Source: Oligoflexales bacterium
GTDB taxonomy: Bacteria; Bdellovibrionota_B; Oligoflexia; Oligoflexales; RGVZ01
Length of the DNA: 64,000 nucleotides
Assembly (NCBI GenBank): GCA_947468665.1
Contig: CANILH010000005.1
Location: forward strand, 512 to 64,511
Direction of reading: 5' to 3'
Shown one piece after another: positions 19,125-28,336 of this stretch (within the stretch, counting starts at the first letter, position 1; the number at the start of each line of letters is the position of its first letter). A model generated the notes under the pieces. It had not been told where the DNA came from, ran no database searches, and saw nothing but the letters and a program-made list of their open reading frames with translations. The position numbers were made by a program, and so were the translations under genes.

Positions 19125-20908
19125 AAGATTACCTTCCCTACATCTGACGCGTCTTCCGCGAGGGGGCCAGCCAATGGTCCACTCGCGACCGTCTGCTCAA
19201 GCGGGTTTGCGGTACTGGCGTTGGACTGGAAGCGTCCGGGTCTCGTGATCACGCGACCGAACGTCGACTTTTTATCGATGAGCGCACTATGAGGATGGCT
19301 GGACCATGCGTGCATATCGTCTAGTCCGGTAATATCCATTGATCTACCAACCAAAGAATCCTTGAACTCAGAGATCGCGCTCATAGACGTATGATCGACG
19401 AATTTTGAATTCGTAAGATCAAGAACAATATGGTTTGCCTTCACTCTCTTCAGGTGATTCATCGTTGACATCAGATTAGTGAACGTCAGCTGCGAGTTCA
19501 CTCCGATGACGGTAACTTCATTTTTTTCTGGATGCGCGTGGGTGGCCTCCGTAGTCTCAATGCGAGGATGGAATGCGTGTTTCAGAGTGCCTGACGCCAG
19601 CAGGTTAAACACGGTTTCACAGGTAAGTCCAACGCCGATACCAACCAGCAGATCCGTCGCGAGAGTCGTGACCAGTGTAATCGCGAAAACAGCAAATTGT
19701 TCTTTGCCAGCAAAAAAAACAGCCTTGCAGCGACTTAACGCCGCCAGACGGGAGCCGGTAAACACCAGGAGACCAGCTAGAGCCGCTAAAGGAATCATAT
19801 TAATGACCCACGGGAACGCCGCCACAAAAACAACCATGAACAAACCGTGAAAGAAGTTAGCCCATCTGGATTTAGCGCCCGCGTTCAAATTAGCCGAGCT
19901 ACGAACAATCTCCGCGATTATTGGCAAAGCTCCGACCAAACCGCAAAGTGTATTGGCGAACCCAACGACCATGAGGTCTTTGCTGCAATCCGAATGGCGT
20001 TTTTCTGGATCAATAGCATCAACGGCTTTAACTGACAGTACAGACTCAAGACTGCCAACAGCACCGATCATAAAGGCCCACTTCCACCAAAGACCACTCC
20101 CTAAGAGGGAGAAATCCGGCGAAATGTAAGCCTCTGTAATTTTACTCGGAACATTAACCAGAAACTTTGGGCCAATCATATGTGTGGCACCAAGCAGCGT
20201 ATACTCATGAGCGTGAGCGAAATCGAACCCCAGCGAGCAGGCCACGGCGACAAAAACCACAACCAGCGGAACCGGGATTTTCGAGAGGAAAGACATACCC
20301 TTAGCGCGGGTAATCATCGGCCACAAAACCATCAGGAGAAGCGACGCGACACCAACCATAGCGACTTGCGGATTACACTCCATGATTGCACGGGGCACTT
20401 CCGCGAGAAGCTTAAGGGGTTCTTTGGAAGAAGGCACATGACCAAGCATGACGTGACTTTGCTTGGAGATAATAATGACACCGATTGCGGCCAGCATGCC
20501 GTTTACAGTTGCCTCCGGGAAAGCTTTTCCGGCTTCAGCAAGACGAAATTTACCAAGAAGAATCTGAATAAGTCCGACAACCACAACGGCCGCCAGCGCG
20601 TAACGGACACCGGCAGCGTTATTCCCGGCGCCAAGCTCCTCAACAGCGCCAAGCATAATGACGATCATACCGGCCGCGGGTCCTTTAATGCTCATTGGAG
20701 AGCCAGCAAATGGAGCGACGATCAAACCACCGATAGCGGCCGCGGCAAGCCCCGACAGCGGAGGAAAACCGCTGGCCATGGCGATGCCTATTGAGAGCGG
20801 CAAAGCCAGCAAAAACACGATAAAACCAGCTAATATATCTTTGGAAACATTGGGCGACGAGAGCCAAGTCTCAGGAACGGGCTTTTCGTTACTTTTTACC
20901 ATAATCAT
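19121..20908 (-). CDS. SulP/SLC26 family anion (sulfate/bicarbonate) transporter with STAS domain
   Basis: DILAGFIVFLLALPLSIGIAMASG, GPAAG, EIVRSSAN, C-terminal LDLTNSKFVDHT STAS. Confidence 0.93.
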   Translation of the reverse strand: MIMVKSNEKPVPETWLSSPNVSKDILAGFIVFLLALPLSIGIAMASGFPPLSGLAAAAIGGLIVAPFAGSPMSIKGPAAGMIVIMLGAVEELGAGNNAAGVRYALAAVVVVGLIQILLGKFRLAEAGKAFPEATVNGMLAAIGVIIISKQSHVMLGHVPSSKEPLKLLAEVPRAIMECNPQVAMVGVASLLLMVLWPMITRAKGMSFLSKIPVPLVVVFVAVACSLGFDFAHAHEYTLLGATHMIGPKFLVNVPSKITEAYISPDFSLLGSGLWWKWAFMIGAVGSLESVLSVKAVDAIDPEKRHSDCSKDLMVVGFANTLCGLVGALPIIAEIVRSSANLNAGAKSRWANFFHGLFMVVFVAAFPWVINMIPLAALAGLLVFTGSRLAALSRCKAVFFAGKEQFAVFAITLVTTLATDLLVGIGVGLTCETVFNLLASGTLKHAFHPRIETTEATHAHPEKNEVTVIGVNSQLTFTNLMSTMNHLKRVKANHIVLDLTNSKFVDHTSMSAISEFKDSLVGRSMDITGLDDMHAWSSHPHSALIDKKSTFGRVITRPGRFQSNASTANPLEQTVASGPLAGPLAEDASDVGKVIL

Positions 20909-20972
20909 GAACTCCTGACGATTTTTCTGAAGAATTTCGCGACCAATGAGCTACAATGGTAGCATTCGGGTC

Positions 20973-21056
20973 GTGACGATTGTGTGTCGTCACAGTGAAG
21001 CTTTTGTGACGGCCGAATGGTGGAATCCTGACGATTGTCTGTCGGAATCGTAATGT
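20973..21056. promoter_or_regulatory. Candidate response-regulator binding sites between divergent SulP and CusRS-like genes
   Basis: Direct repeat tgacgattgt(g/c)tgtcg at 20974 and 21029. Inverted repeats GTGACGA-N7-TCGTCAC and TGACGATT-N9-AATCGTAA. Confidence 0.45.
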
Positions 21057-21096
21057 CAAAAAACGGGCGAAAACCACTAAGAATGCGGATTTTAAA

Positions 21097-21798
21097 ATGA
21101 AAGCACTTGTTGTTGAGGATGACGTAAAAGCCGCTGGCTACATTCAGCGTGGCCTAACAGAAAACGGCTTCAGCGTGGACGTCTGTCATGATGGAGCCGC
21201 CGCTTACGACATGGCGATGGAACGAGACTATGATTTCTACGTCCTTGACGTCATGCTCCCCTACCTTTCCGGATTTGACCTCCTCAAGAAAATACGAACC
21301 GCGGGTAAAACCGGTCACGCGATTTTCCTCACGGCGAAAGACCAGGTACATGACCGCGTCGCGGGCCTGGAGAGCGGAGCTGACGCGTACCTCGTCAAGC
21401 CATTCTCTTTCTCGGAATTGATGGCCGTCATTCACTCGCTGCAGCGCCGCGCCGAGATGAGCCAGCCCTCATCGGCGGTCCATTCTAATACCATTCAGAT
21501 AAATGATCTCAAAATCGACCGGGTCAAACACATCGCTACACGCAACAACCAGACTCTTGAACTGACTCCCATAGAGTTTCGCCTGCTGCTGCTTCTGGCG
21601 AGACACCCAAATCAGGCGCTTTCGCGGACCGTAATCCTGGAGCAAGTTTGGGATATTAATTTCGAGTGCAACACAAACGTTTTAGATGTTCATATCCGCC
21701 GTTTGCGGGCGAAACTGGACGAGCCATTCGGTTCCAATTTAATCCGCACCGTCCGTGGCGTGGGGTACAGCCTGGTCTATGACGAACCAAAAACCTAA
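21097..21798 (+). CDS. OmpR-family (CusR/CzcR-like heavy-metal) response regulator
   Basis: LVVEDD, LDVMLP, GADAYLVKPFSFSEL, VWDINFECNTNVLDVHIRRLRAKLD, IRTVRGVGY. Confidence 0.92.
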   Translation: MKALVVEDDVKAAGYIQRGLTENGFSVDVCHDGAAAYDMAMERDYDFYVLDVMLPYLSGFDLLKKIRTAGKTGHAIFLTAKDQVHDRVAGLESGADAYLVKPFSFSELMAVIHSLQRRAEMSQPSSAVHSNTIQINDLKIDRVKHIATRNNQTLELTPIEFRLLLLLARHPNQALSRTVILEQVWDINFECNTNVLDVHIRRLRAKLDEPFGSNLIRTVRGVGYSLVYDEPKT

Positions 21799-23293
21799 AA
21801 CCACCTCACGCTCACTGTCCCGCCAGATTGCCGCCTACATCGCCGCGATCAGCGGCGCGATGCTGATCATAGCTAGTCTTGTTATTTATCTCGTCATTCT
21901 CAAGTTCATTGCGACCCAGGACCAGAATCTGATCGAAACGAAAGCGTCGTTTGTCACGCCTCACATCGAACGTGGTGACATAGAAGACATCAAGACACTT
22001 CTCTCGACGCGCTATCCGCAGGATCTACCCAAACGTCTTTATGTTGTTGTCTATGACGAAACCACGCAGAGCGTCGCCAGAACATTCAATACCGGCGCGA
22101 TATCCCTTGCGGACATATTCCCTCCTTCCATAGGAGGCATTCCCCCTCTGGACCCTGGGGAAAGCAGACAGGAACCACAGACAAGTGTTGACGGCCGGAC
22201 CTTCAGTGTCTCCACCCGCGCGTACCTGGATCAATATGGCAAACGATGGGTCGTTCGAATCGCGGTGGATCACGACGCTGACGCATACCTGAATACGGCT
22301 ATTGAGATTTCCTTCGCCGCGATTTTATTTGTGGCCTTCATTCTGGTGCCTCTCTCAAGTGCCCTGGTTTCAAGACTAATTACCAAGCCACTTGGCGATG
22401 TCACGCGCCACCTAAGCAAAATGGTCCCCGGGAAGACATACCCGCACATGGATGAGGACACGTTTCCGCGTGAGCTGCGCAGCCTTGTTCAGGCATTCAA
22501 CAATTTAAGTAAAGACGCTGAAATCGCCTTTGAGAGACTCCAAAGCTTCTCGTCGGATATCTCTCACGAACTCAGAAACCCCTTGAGCAGCATGCGTGTA
22601 AATTTAGAGCTTCTTTTGTCACGGGAGCGAACAGTGCCCGAGTACACGGAGTCCATTGGTTCACTTCTTGACGATACCGTACGTCTCACCGGACTTGTCG
22701 AGAGCCTGCTTTTCCTCCTGCGGGGCGAGCGTCAACTGATTATGGCTGAATTGAAGAAAATAGACATCCTCACCCTGCTGACCTCGATCGCCGACATGTA
22801 CCGGCCGGTTATTGAGGATGACGGAGGAACATTTGATGTGGAATGCCCGACTGGGCTGACTATTGTAGGTGAACCACGCCTGCTGCAACGTGCTGTCGTT
22901 AATTTGGTTGAGAACGCGATCAAATATGGCAAGCCGCAGGACGGCACTCCAGCCAAAATCACCCTTTCCGCAGCCGTTTCAATAGATAATCCGGACATCA
23001 AAGAAATACGCGTCCAGGACAATGGACCAGGCGTTCCCGACTCGGAACTCCCATTTGTGTTCGATCGGCTTTTCCGCTCAGATCGCTCACGCAACAGCGG
23101 TGGCTACGGTCTTGGTCTCGCGATTGTACGAATGATTATTGGACTGCACGGTGGGGTTATCAGCGCTCGGAAAACGCCGGGAGACGGCTGCTGTTTTATC
23201 ATCGCTATCCCGAAAAATATTCGTCCGGACAGATTTGTCACGACACGGATACTACCCGATCAACCGCCCGCGGCAGAACCCACCGCACCTTGA
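21779..23293 (+). CDS. Sensor histidine kinase (CusS-like, HAMP)
   Basis: Two TMs, HAMP, SHELRNPL H-box, NLVENAIKY, DNGPG, GYGLGLAIV. Confidence 0.92.
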   Translation: MTNQKPKTTSRSLSRQIAAYIAAISGAMLIIASLVIYLVILKFIATQDQNLIETKASFVTPHIERGDIEDIKTLLSTRYPQDLPKRLYVVVYDETTQSVARTFNTGAISLADIFPPSIGGIPPLDPGESRQEPQTSVDGRTFSVSTRAYLDQYGKRWVVRIAVDHDADAYLNTAIEISFAAILFVAFILVPLSSALVSRLITKPLGDVTRHLSKMVPGKTYPHMDEDTFPRELRSLVQAFNNLSKDAEIAFERLQSFSSDISHELRNPLSSMRVNLELLLSRERTVPEYTESIGSLLDDTVRLTGLVESLLFLLRGERQLIMAELKKIDILTLLTSIADMYRPVIEDDGGTFDVECPTGLTIVGEPRLLQRAVVNLVENAIKYGKPQDGTPAKITLSAAVSIDNPDIKEIRVQDNGPGVPDSELPFVFDRLFRSDRSRNSGGYGLGLAIVRMIIGLHGGVISARKTPGDGCCFIIAIPKNIRPDRFVTTRILPDQPPAAEPTAP

Positions 23294-24447
23294 AGCGCGT
23301 CAATAACAAACTCTGTCTCTCGCTCCGTCATTTGTCCGAACAGAGGTAGGCGTAAGATCGATTTCACGACGCGCTCAGTGACCGGAAGACCCTGATGAGA
23401 GACGCGAGCAAATCTCGCCGCGATGGGCGCTTTATGGAGACACTCATAGTGACTGGTGGCTTGAATACCTTTTTGACTAAGAGCACGGCGCACAGCCTCA
23501 CGGCTCTCCCCGTCTTTCAGCACAATCCAGTAAATATGACCGTTATGAACCACGCCCTCAGGAATAAACGGGCGTTGAATCTGACCTCTGGCCTCAAGGG
23601 GTGCGAGAGCCGCGTGATAGCGGTTCCAGATCACGACGCGGGCGGCATTGATCTCCTCAATATTCTCAAGCTGGCTTGCCAGCAGCGCTGCCTGCAATTC
23701 TCCGGGTAAAAACGAGCTGCCGATGTCCACCCATGTGTAGCGATCCACTTCGCCACGCAGGAATTGTTTACGGTTTGTACCCTTATCGCGCACGACCTCA
23801 CAGCGCTCAAATGCGCGGGCATCATTAACAAGAAGTGCTCCGCCTTCGCCAGCGACAATATTCTTGGTCTCGTGAAAACTCAACGCTCCGAAATCACCGA
23901 TAGCTCCCAGATGCTGGCCGTTCCATGTCGCTCCCATGCCGTGAGCGGCATCCTCGATGATTTTAAGCTGGTGCTCCCGCGCGATCTCCATGATCGCGCC
24001 CATATCACAGGCGACACCCGCATAGTGCACAGGCATGATCGCCTTAGTGCGGGAGCTGATGGCAGCCTTGATCGCTTTTGGGTTAACGTTCAATGTTCTG
24101 GGATCAATATCCACAAACACAGGCACACCGCCACGGAGCACGATGGCGTTGGCGGAACTCACAAATGTGAACGACGGCATGATAACTTCATCACCGGGAC
24201 TGATCCCAGCAAGAATCGCCGCCATCTCAAGAGCGTCCGTACCGCTCGATGTGAGAACGACACGCGGGCTCTTGGTGATTTCAGTCAGCAATTCCTCGGA
24301 TTTTTTGGAGAATGGGCCATCGCCCTGCACACGCCCTGATTCCAAAGCCTGGCTGACATAAGTTGCGGCGTTGCCCGTTGGTCTGAACCTCGAGTATGGA
24401 ATCGTAATCGCTGACGCGGGTGTTTTGATGGTCTGGGAAACGGTCAT
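23260..24447 (-). CDS. wecE: dTDP-4-amino-4,6-dideoxygalactose transaminase (DegT/DnrJ family)
   Basis: GDGPFSKK, PVHYAGVACDM, IEDAAH, SFHETKN (PLP Lys), YTWVDIGSSFLPGE typical of RffA/WecE. Confidence 0.9.
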   Translation of the reverse strand: MTVSQTIKTPASAITIPYSRFRPTGNAATYVSQALESGRVQGDGPFSKKSEELLTEITKSPRVVLTSSGTDALEMAAILAGISPGDEVIMPSFTFVSSANAIVLRGGVPVFVDIDPRTLNVNPKAIKAAISSRTKAIMPVHYAGVACDMGAIMEIAREHQLKIIEDAAHGMGATWNGQHLGAIGDFGALSFHETKNIVAGEGGALLVNDARAFERCEVVRDKGTNRKQFLRGEVDRYTWVDIGSSFLPGELQAALLASQLENIEEINAARVVIWNRYHAALAPLEARGQIQRPFIPEGVVHNGHIYWIVLKDGESREAVRRALSQKGIQATSHYECLHKAPIAARFARVSHQGLPVTERVVKSILRLPLFGQMTERETEFVIDALQGAVGSAAGG

Positions 24448-24509
24448 AAGCTAAAGTCTGATCCTATGGTCAATTTAGGAAAGTACCTGACATTGCCAAG
24501 CGAAAGATG

Positions 24510-26024
24510 TCAGTTCGCACTATTAAACCTCAAAGGTTTTGAACAGTAAACAATTGGATTCACTCTCCTTCGGGCCGGCGAGCGCGGCATCAAGGCCAGG
24601 GCATCAATATACCAGTCCGGAAAGCGATGATAGCCCTCTGTGCCGCATTTTTTCTCAATTATACGGAAATCCTCTGGATCGAGGGCATAAAAAGCGAGCC
24701 ATCCGGACGGCGTCTCCCTACCCTGTTCCACGTCATTCCAGGAAATTTGCTTATAGGCGGGGACAGTCGGAACCTTAGCATAAAACTGCGAGAATCCGGT
24801 CATTGTATTGCCGATGTATGTGAAATTGACAATGGTACCAGCCCTGACATGGCGACCAATTTCCTCATACATCCATGGCGACGAATTCAGGGGAAGAAGT
24901 CCGGCCACCAGGGTCAGGCAGGCGACAAATTTAAGCGTCCGGCGCCAGAATTTTGCGGCGGACGTAACACGCGCGACCAATGGAGACCGCATTTCCCAAA
25001 TCTCAATCCCTTTGAACATACAAAGCTGCAAAAAAGGAATCATAGGCGAGAAATAGCGAGTTTCTTTGTGACCAAGTACAAAATGAGCGATTGTAAATGG
25101 TACGACAACGGTGGCCAATGACGGGACAGCCATGAGACCTGCGGCCAGCGGAATCAGCAAAAGAGGCGAAAGCGGAGGATACCACGCCTCAAAATATTGC
25201 TGGATATAATACCACCACGGAGACGTGCCCCATACGCGCCCGCCATTCTCGTCACCAAGAGCATAATGATAATAATTGATCGCCGGGCGAAATGGCATGC
25301 CTGTCGCCTGATAGTCGACGATAGCAAGAGGAAGAAGTCCAATTAACAATGCCAAAACCGCGGGCAAAATAATTTTTGGCCCCTGCCTCCAAAGCATCCA
25401 GAAACCAAGACAGGCTGCCGCGATACCAACCTGCGGGCGGGCAGACGCGACGAACGCGAGCAACACGGCAAAACCAAACGCGCGGGCATTTGTGAATCCG
25501 TCGTATTCAATGCGCAGGGCCCAATAAAATGCCCAGATCAAAGCTGTTCCCGCGAACGTCTCCTGTGACGTCCGGACCAGGAATAACGGTCCATAAACAC
25601 CAACCATCATCACCATCAGATAAAAAAACCTTCGGGACGACTTCAGACTGAGGCGTCGCATAATATCCCAAAGGGCGATAAACCTGCTGGAGGCAATCAT
25701 TCCCACAATAAAACGCGCTAACGCTGCCTCGCTTAACCCGTCCATGTGAAAATATTTGGTTACCATAAGCAACGGAGAGACCATGACCCCCAGCAGCCAT
25801 GAAACCATAGGGGCCTCAACGGTTAACTCCCAGGGCAAAGACGCATAACCATAAGCGATAAAATGTGCGGGTTCGAGAACGCGGGCATGCTCATCAGGCT
25901 GAAGCCATCCTTCACTATTCCATGCCGTGATTGCGATAATCAGAACCCAAAGCAAAAGGTACGCGGCCTTATGATATTCCTCTGAAAGTGGATAACTATC
26001 GCTAAGAGAAACACCAGAATTCAT
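24510..26024 (-). CDS. GT-C glycosyltransferase, Alg9/PIG-B-like (GT22)
   Basis: Polytopic membrane protein. QPDEHARVLEPAH..YGYASLPWE, SPWWYY and GHKETRYFSP match PIG-B/Gpi10-type motifs. Confidence 0.8.
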   Translation of the reverse strand: MNSGVSLSDSYPLSEEYHKAAYLLLWVLIIAITAWNSEGWLQPDEHARVLEPAHFIAYGYASLPWELTVEAPMVSWLLGVMVSPLLMVTKYFHMDGLSEAALARFIVGMIASSRFIALWDIMRRLSLKSSRRFFYLMVMMVGVYGPLFLVRTSQETFAGTALIWAFYWALRIEYDGFTNARAFGFAVLLAFVASARPQVGIAAACLGFWMLWRQGPKIILPAVLALLIGLLPLAIVDYQATGMPFRPAINYYHYALGDENGGRVWGTSPWWYYIQQYFEAWYPPLSPLLLIPLAAGLMAVPSLATVVVPFTIAHFVLGHKETRYFSPMIPFLQLCMFKGIEIWEMRSPLVARVTSAAKFWRRTLKFVACLTLVAGLLPLNSSPWMYEEIGRHVRAGTIVNFTYIGNTMTGFSQFYAKVPTVPAYKQISWNDVEQGRETPSGWLAFYALDPEDFRIIEKKCGTEGYHRFPDWYIDALALMPRSPARRRVNPIVYCSKPLRFNSAN

Positions 26025-26743
26025 AGGTGATCGCCCAATCGCCGGCGATAGTCCCTGATGGCCTTCAGATAAGCTAAGGTGTCATGCCACAGTCTGACCG
26101 TACTCGCCTTTTTCCGATCCTCAACGAAAACAATCCAGCGCTCGGAGACCTTTAACCCCATGCGCCATGCTCTATGCACGATCTCCGTATCCCAGAACCA
26201 ATGGGCATCCTGGGCAACCTCAAGCACCGGCAGAATTTTCTCGCGGTGAAAAACCTTCAGACCGCACTCAGTATCAGCCACGGGAAGTGGAATAAACGCG
26301 TGCACGATCCAGCGGTAAACATAACTTGAGATAACGCGGATAGGTTTTTCCATGGGATTACCCAAAGCTCTCCGGCCAACCACAACATCCGCCTCCCCCC
26401 GCTGAATCTCGCGAATCATCGGAATGAGTCCATCCATCAGATGCTCAAGATCAATATCGATGTAGCCAACAATATCGCCTGTGGCGACGCGGATTCCGTC
26501 GGTGACGGCACGTCCGCGGCCGGTATTGCGCTCGTGGTAGATAGCCGTGACACTGACTCTCTCGGACTGGAGCCAGCCGACGCATTTTCTGACCTCGTCG
26601 GCCGTATTGTCCGGTGACGCGTCCTCGACAAACACGAATTCATAGCGGATTTTTGTGGTGCTTAGGTAGTCATTCAGGATTTTGACATTTCGTAACAGAT
26701 GCGGAGCATCTTTGTAACAAGCGACAATAAGACTAAAATCCAT
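26021..26743 (-). CDS. GT2 polyprenol-phosphate glycosyltransferase (Dpm1/Alg5-like)
   Basis: FVEDASPDNT, NTGRGRAV, YIDIDL (DxD), DTECGLK, WFWDTEI. ATGA overlap with the GT22 gene. Confidence 0.88.
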   Translation of the reverse strand: MDFSLIVACYKDAPHLLRNVKILNDYLSTTKIRYEFVFVEDASPDNTADEVRKCVGWLQSERVSVTAIYHERNTGRGRAVTDGIRVATGDIVGYIDIDLEHLMDGLIPMIREIQRGEADVVVGRRALGNPMEKPIRVISSYVYRWIVHAFIPLPVADTECGLKVFHREKILPVLEVAQDAHWFWDTEIVHRAWRMGLKVSERWIVFVEDRKKASTVRLWHDTLAYLKAIRDYRRRLGDHL

Positions 26744-26985
26744 ACCAACCCACATCAAAAGTACGCAAACATCAACCACAGCGGTGTGTTAAGGCACGCA
26801 ATTTACCTCGGACTCGATGTTTGTACCACAGAAGTTATTGCCTAATTTAGAATCGGCAGTTTCTTTTATTAAGGCACTTTGACCAAAAATCGGGCCGACC
26901 TTGACAGACCGCTGACCAGAGTGACACGCTGTTCTTAAATACCGTAAAACCCAGGTATCACGAAATGTTAAGAGGAGAATTGACT

Positions 26986-27774
26986 ATGACTTACACAGTA
27001 CGGAACCTTTTTCTAATCAGCTCCATGGCCATATCAAGCATCACTTTCGCTGGCACCTTACCGGGCACGTCAACCGATCTGACTGATGGCCCCATCGTAA
27101 CCCCACCGGGCCATGGTCGACTGACCGTCACCGGCGAAGACGGGGCCGGCCAGACATCAGCACTTGGGATCTGGCGCTGCGAGGCTGATCCAGTCTTCAT
27201 CCTGAAGCAGCAATCCTGCTACGAACTCCAGGGCAACTTTGAGATTAATAAGCAGATAAATTTGCCCGAGGGAATCTATTCCCTTATTTACAATCATACG
27301 ATTGCGCACGCGGTGATCGTTAAGAACGCCCAGGAAACCGCCGTTAATTTGATCCAGATTTCAGTTCCAGCCGATAATCTCACCAGCGGCACAACTGAGT
27401 TTCGGGTTTTCAGGGATTTGACCAGTGATGAACAGATGCGCTCGGAGCTGCTTGCGCAGTGGGCTTCGTATACTGGCGCATGGGAGTCCTGGGCCTGTGG
27501 AAACGTCACCTACCAGGATATCTGCCACGCCATTCACACATCACCAGATGCCATGAAAAATGTAACTCTGAAAAGCGACAGCCAGGGTGACTATGTAGAA
27601 GTCTATATTTACGCCAACGGTCGCCCCCGGTACTGGAAAAACTCGGGACGCAAATGGGTCAATGACAAATCTCTCACCGGAGATTTTATCAGCGTGTTTT
27701 CAGGGATTTACGGAGTGGAGTTCACCGGCGCGAGCGGCGTAAAAACAACCCGCTACGGGATCGTCGCGAACTAA
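26986..27774 (+). CDS. Secreted hypothetical protein
   Basis: AGGAG SD, signal peptide ending TFA, beta-rich mature domain with four Cys. Confidence 0.7.
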   Translation: MTYTVRNLFLISSMAISSITFAGTLPGTSTDLTDGPIVTPPGHGRLTVTGEDGAGQTSALGIWRCEADPVFILKQQSCYELQGNFEINKQINLPEGIYSLIYNHTIAHAVIVKNAQETAVNLIQISVPADNLTSGTTEFRVFRDLTSDEQMRSELLAQWASYTGAWESWACGNVTYQDICHAIHTSPDAMKNVTLKSDSQGDYVEVYIYANGRPRYWKNSGRKWVNDKSLTGDFISVFSGIYGVEFTGASGVKTTRYGIVAN

Positions 27775-27818
27775 GGAGAGGGAAGCGAATAAGTCAAGAC
27801 TCACTTAATCACCTATTT

Positions 27819-28270
27819 CCGTCCCCCTTCCGTGTTCTCCGTCCTTCCGTGCTTCCGTGTAAGTATTTAAACCAGAATTTGAACACGAATTTTTACACGG
27901 AAACACGGAGGGGCGGAGGGCACGGAAAAATTAATTGGATAACACTCCCAATTCCACCTCTCCCCGTCCCCCTTCCGTGTCCTCCGTCCTTCCGTGCTTC
28001 CGTGTAAGTATTTAAACCTGACTTTACACCAGAATTTGAACATGAATTTTTACACGGAAACACGGAGGGGCGGAGGACACGGAAAAATTCAATTAACTAA
28101 ATGCCCCAATCCCACCTCTCCCCGTCCCCCTTCCGTGTCCTCCGTCCTTCCGTGCTTCCGTGTAAGTATTTAAACCCGAATTTACACCAGAATTTGAACA
28201 CGAATTTTTACACGGAAACACGGAGGGGCGGAGGACACGGAAAAATTAATTGGATAACACTCCCAATTCC
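27819..28270. repeat. Three tandem 145-158 bp units, each with a 35-bp imperfect inverted repeat
   Basis: Arms ttccgtgtcctccgtccttccgtgcttccgtgtaa / ttacacggaaacacggaggggcggaggacacggaa at 27828-27927, 27973-28084 and 28131-28242. Confidence 0.95.
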
Positions 28271-28336
28271 ACGCCTCCTCTCCCCTGTCCCCTTCCCTGT
28301 CCCATTTCGTGTTTTCCTTGATGGATTCCAAAAATA

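Noticed and set aside
23260-24447. Enterobacterial common antigen locus
   Set aside because: Only a wecE-like gene is present, with no wecA/B/C/D/F/G, wzx or wzy nearby.
27819-28270. CRISPR array
   Set aside because: Units are 145-158 bp, the intervening segments are near-identical rather than unique spacers, and no cas genes are in the window.
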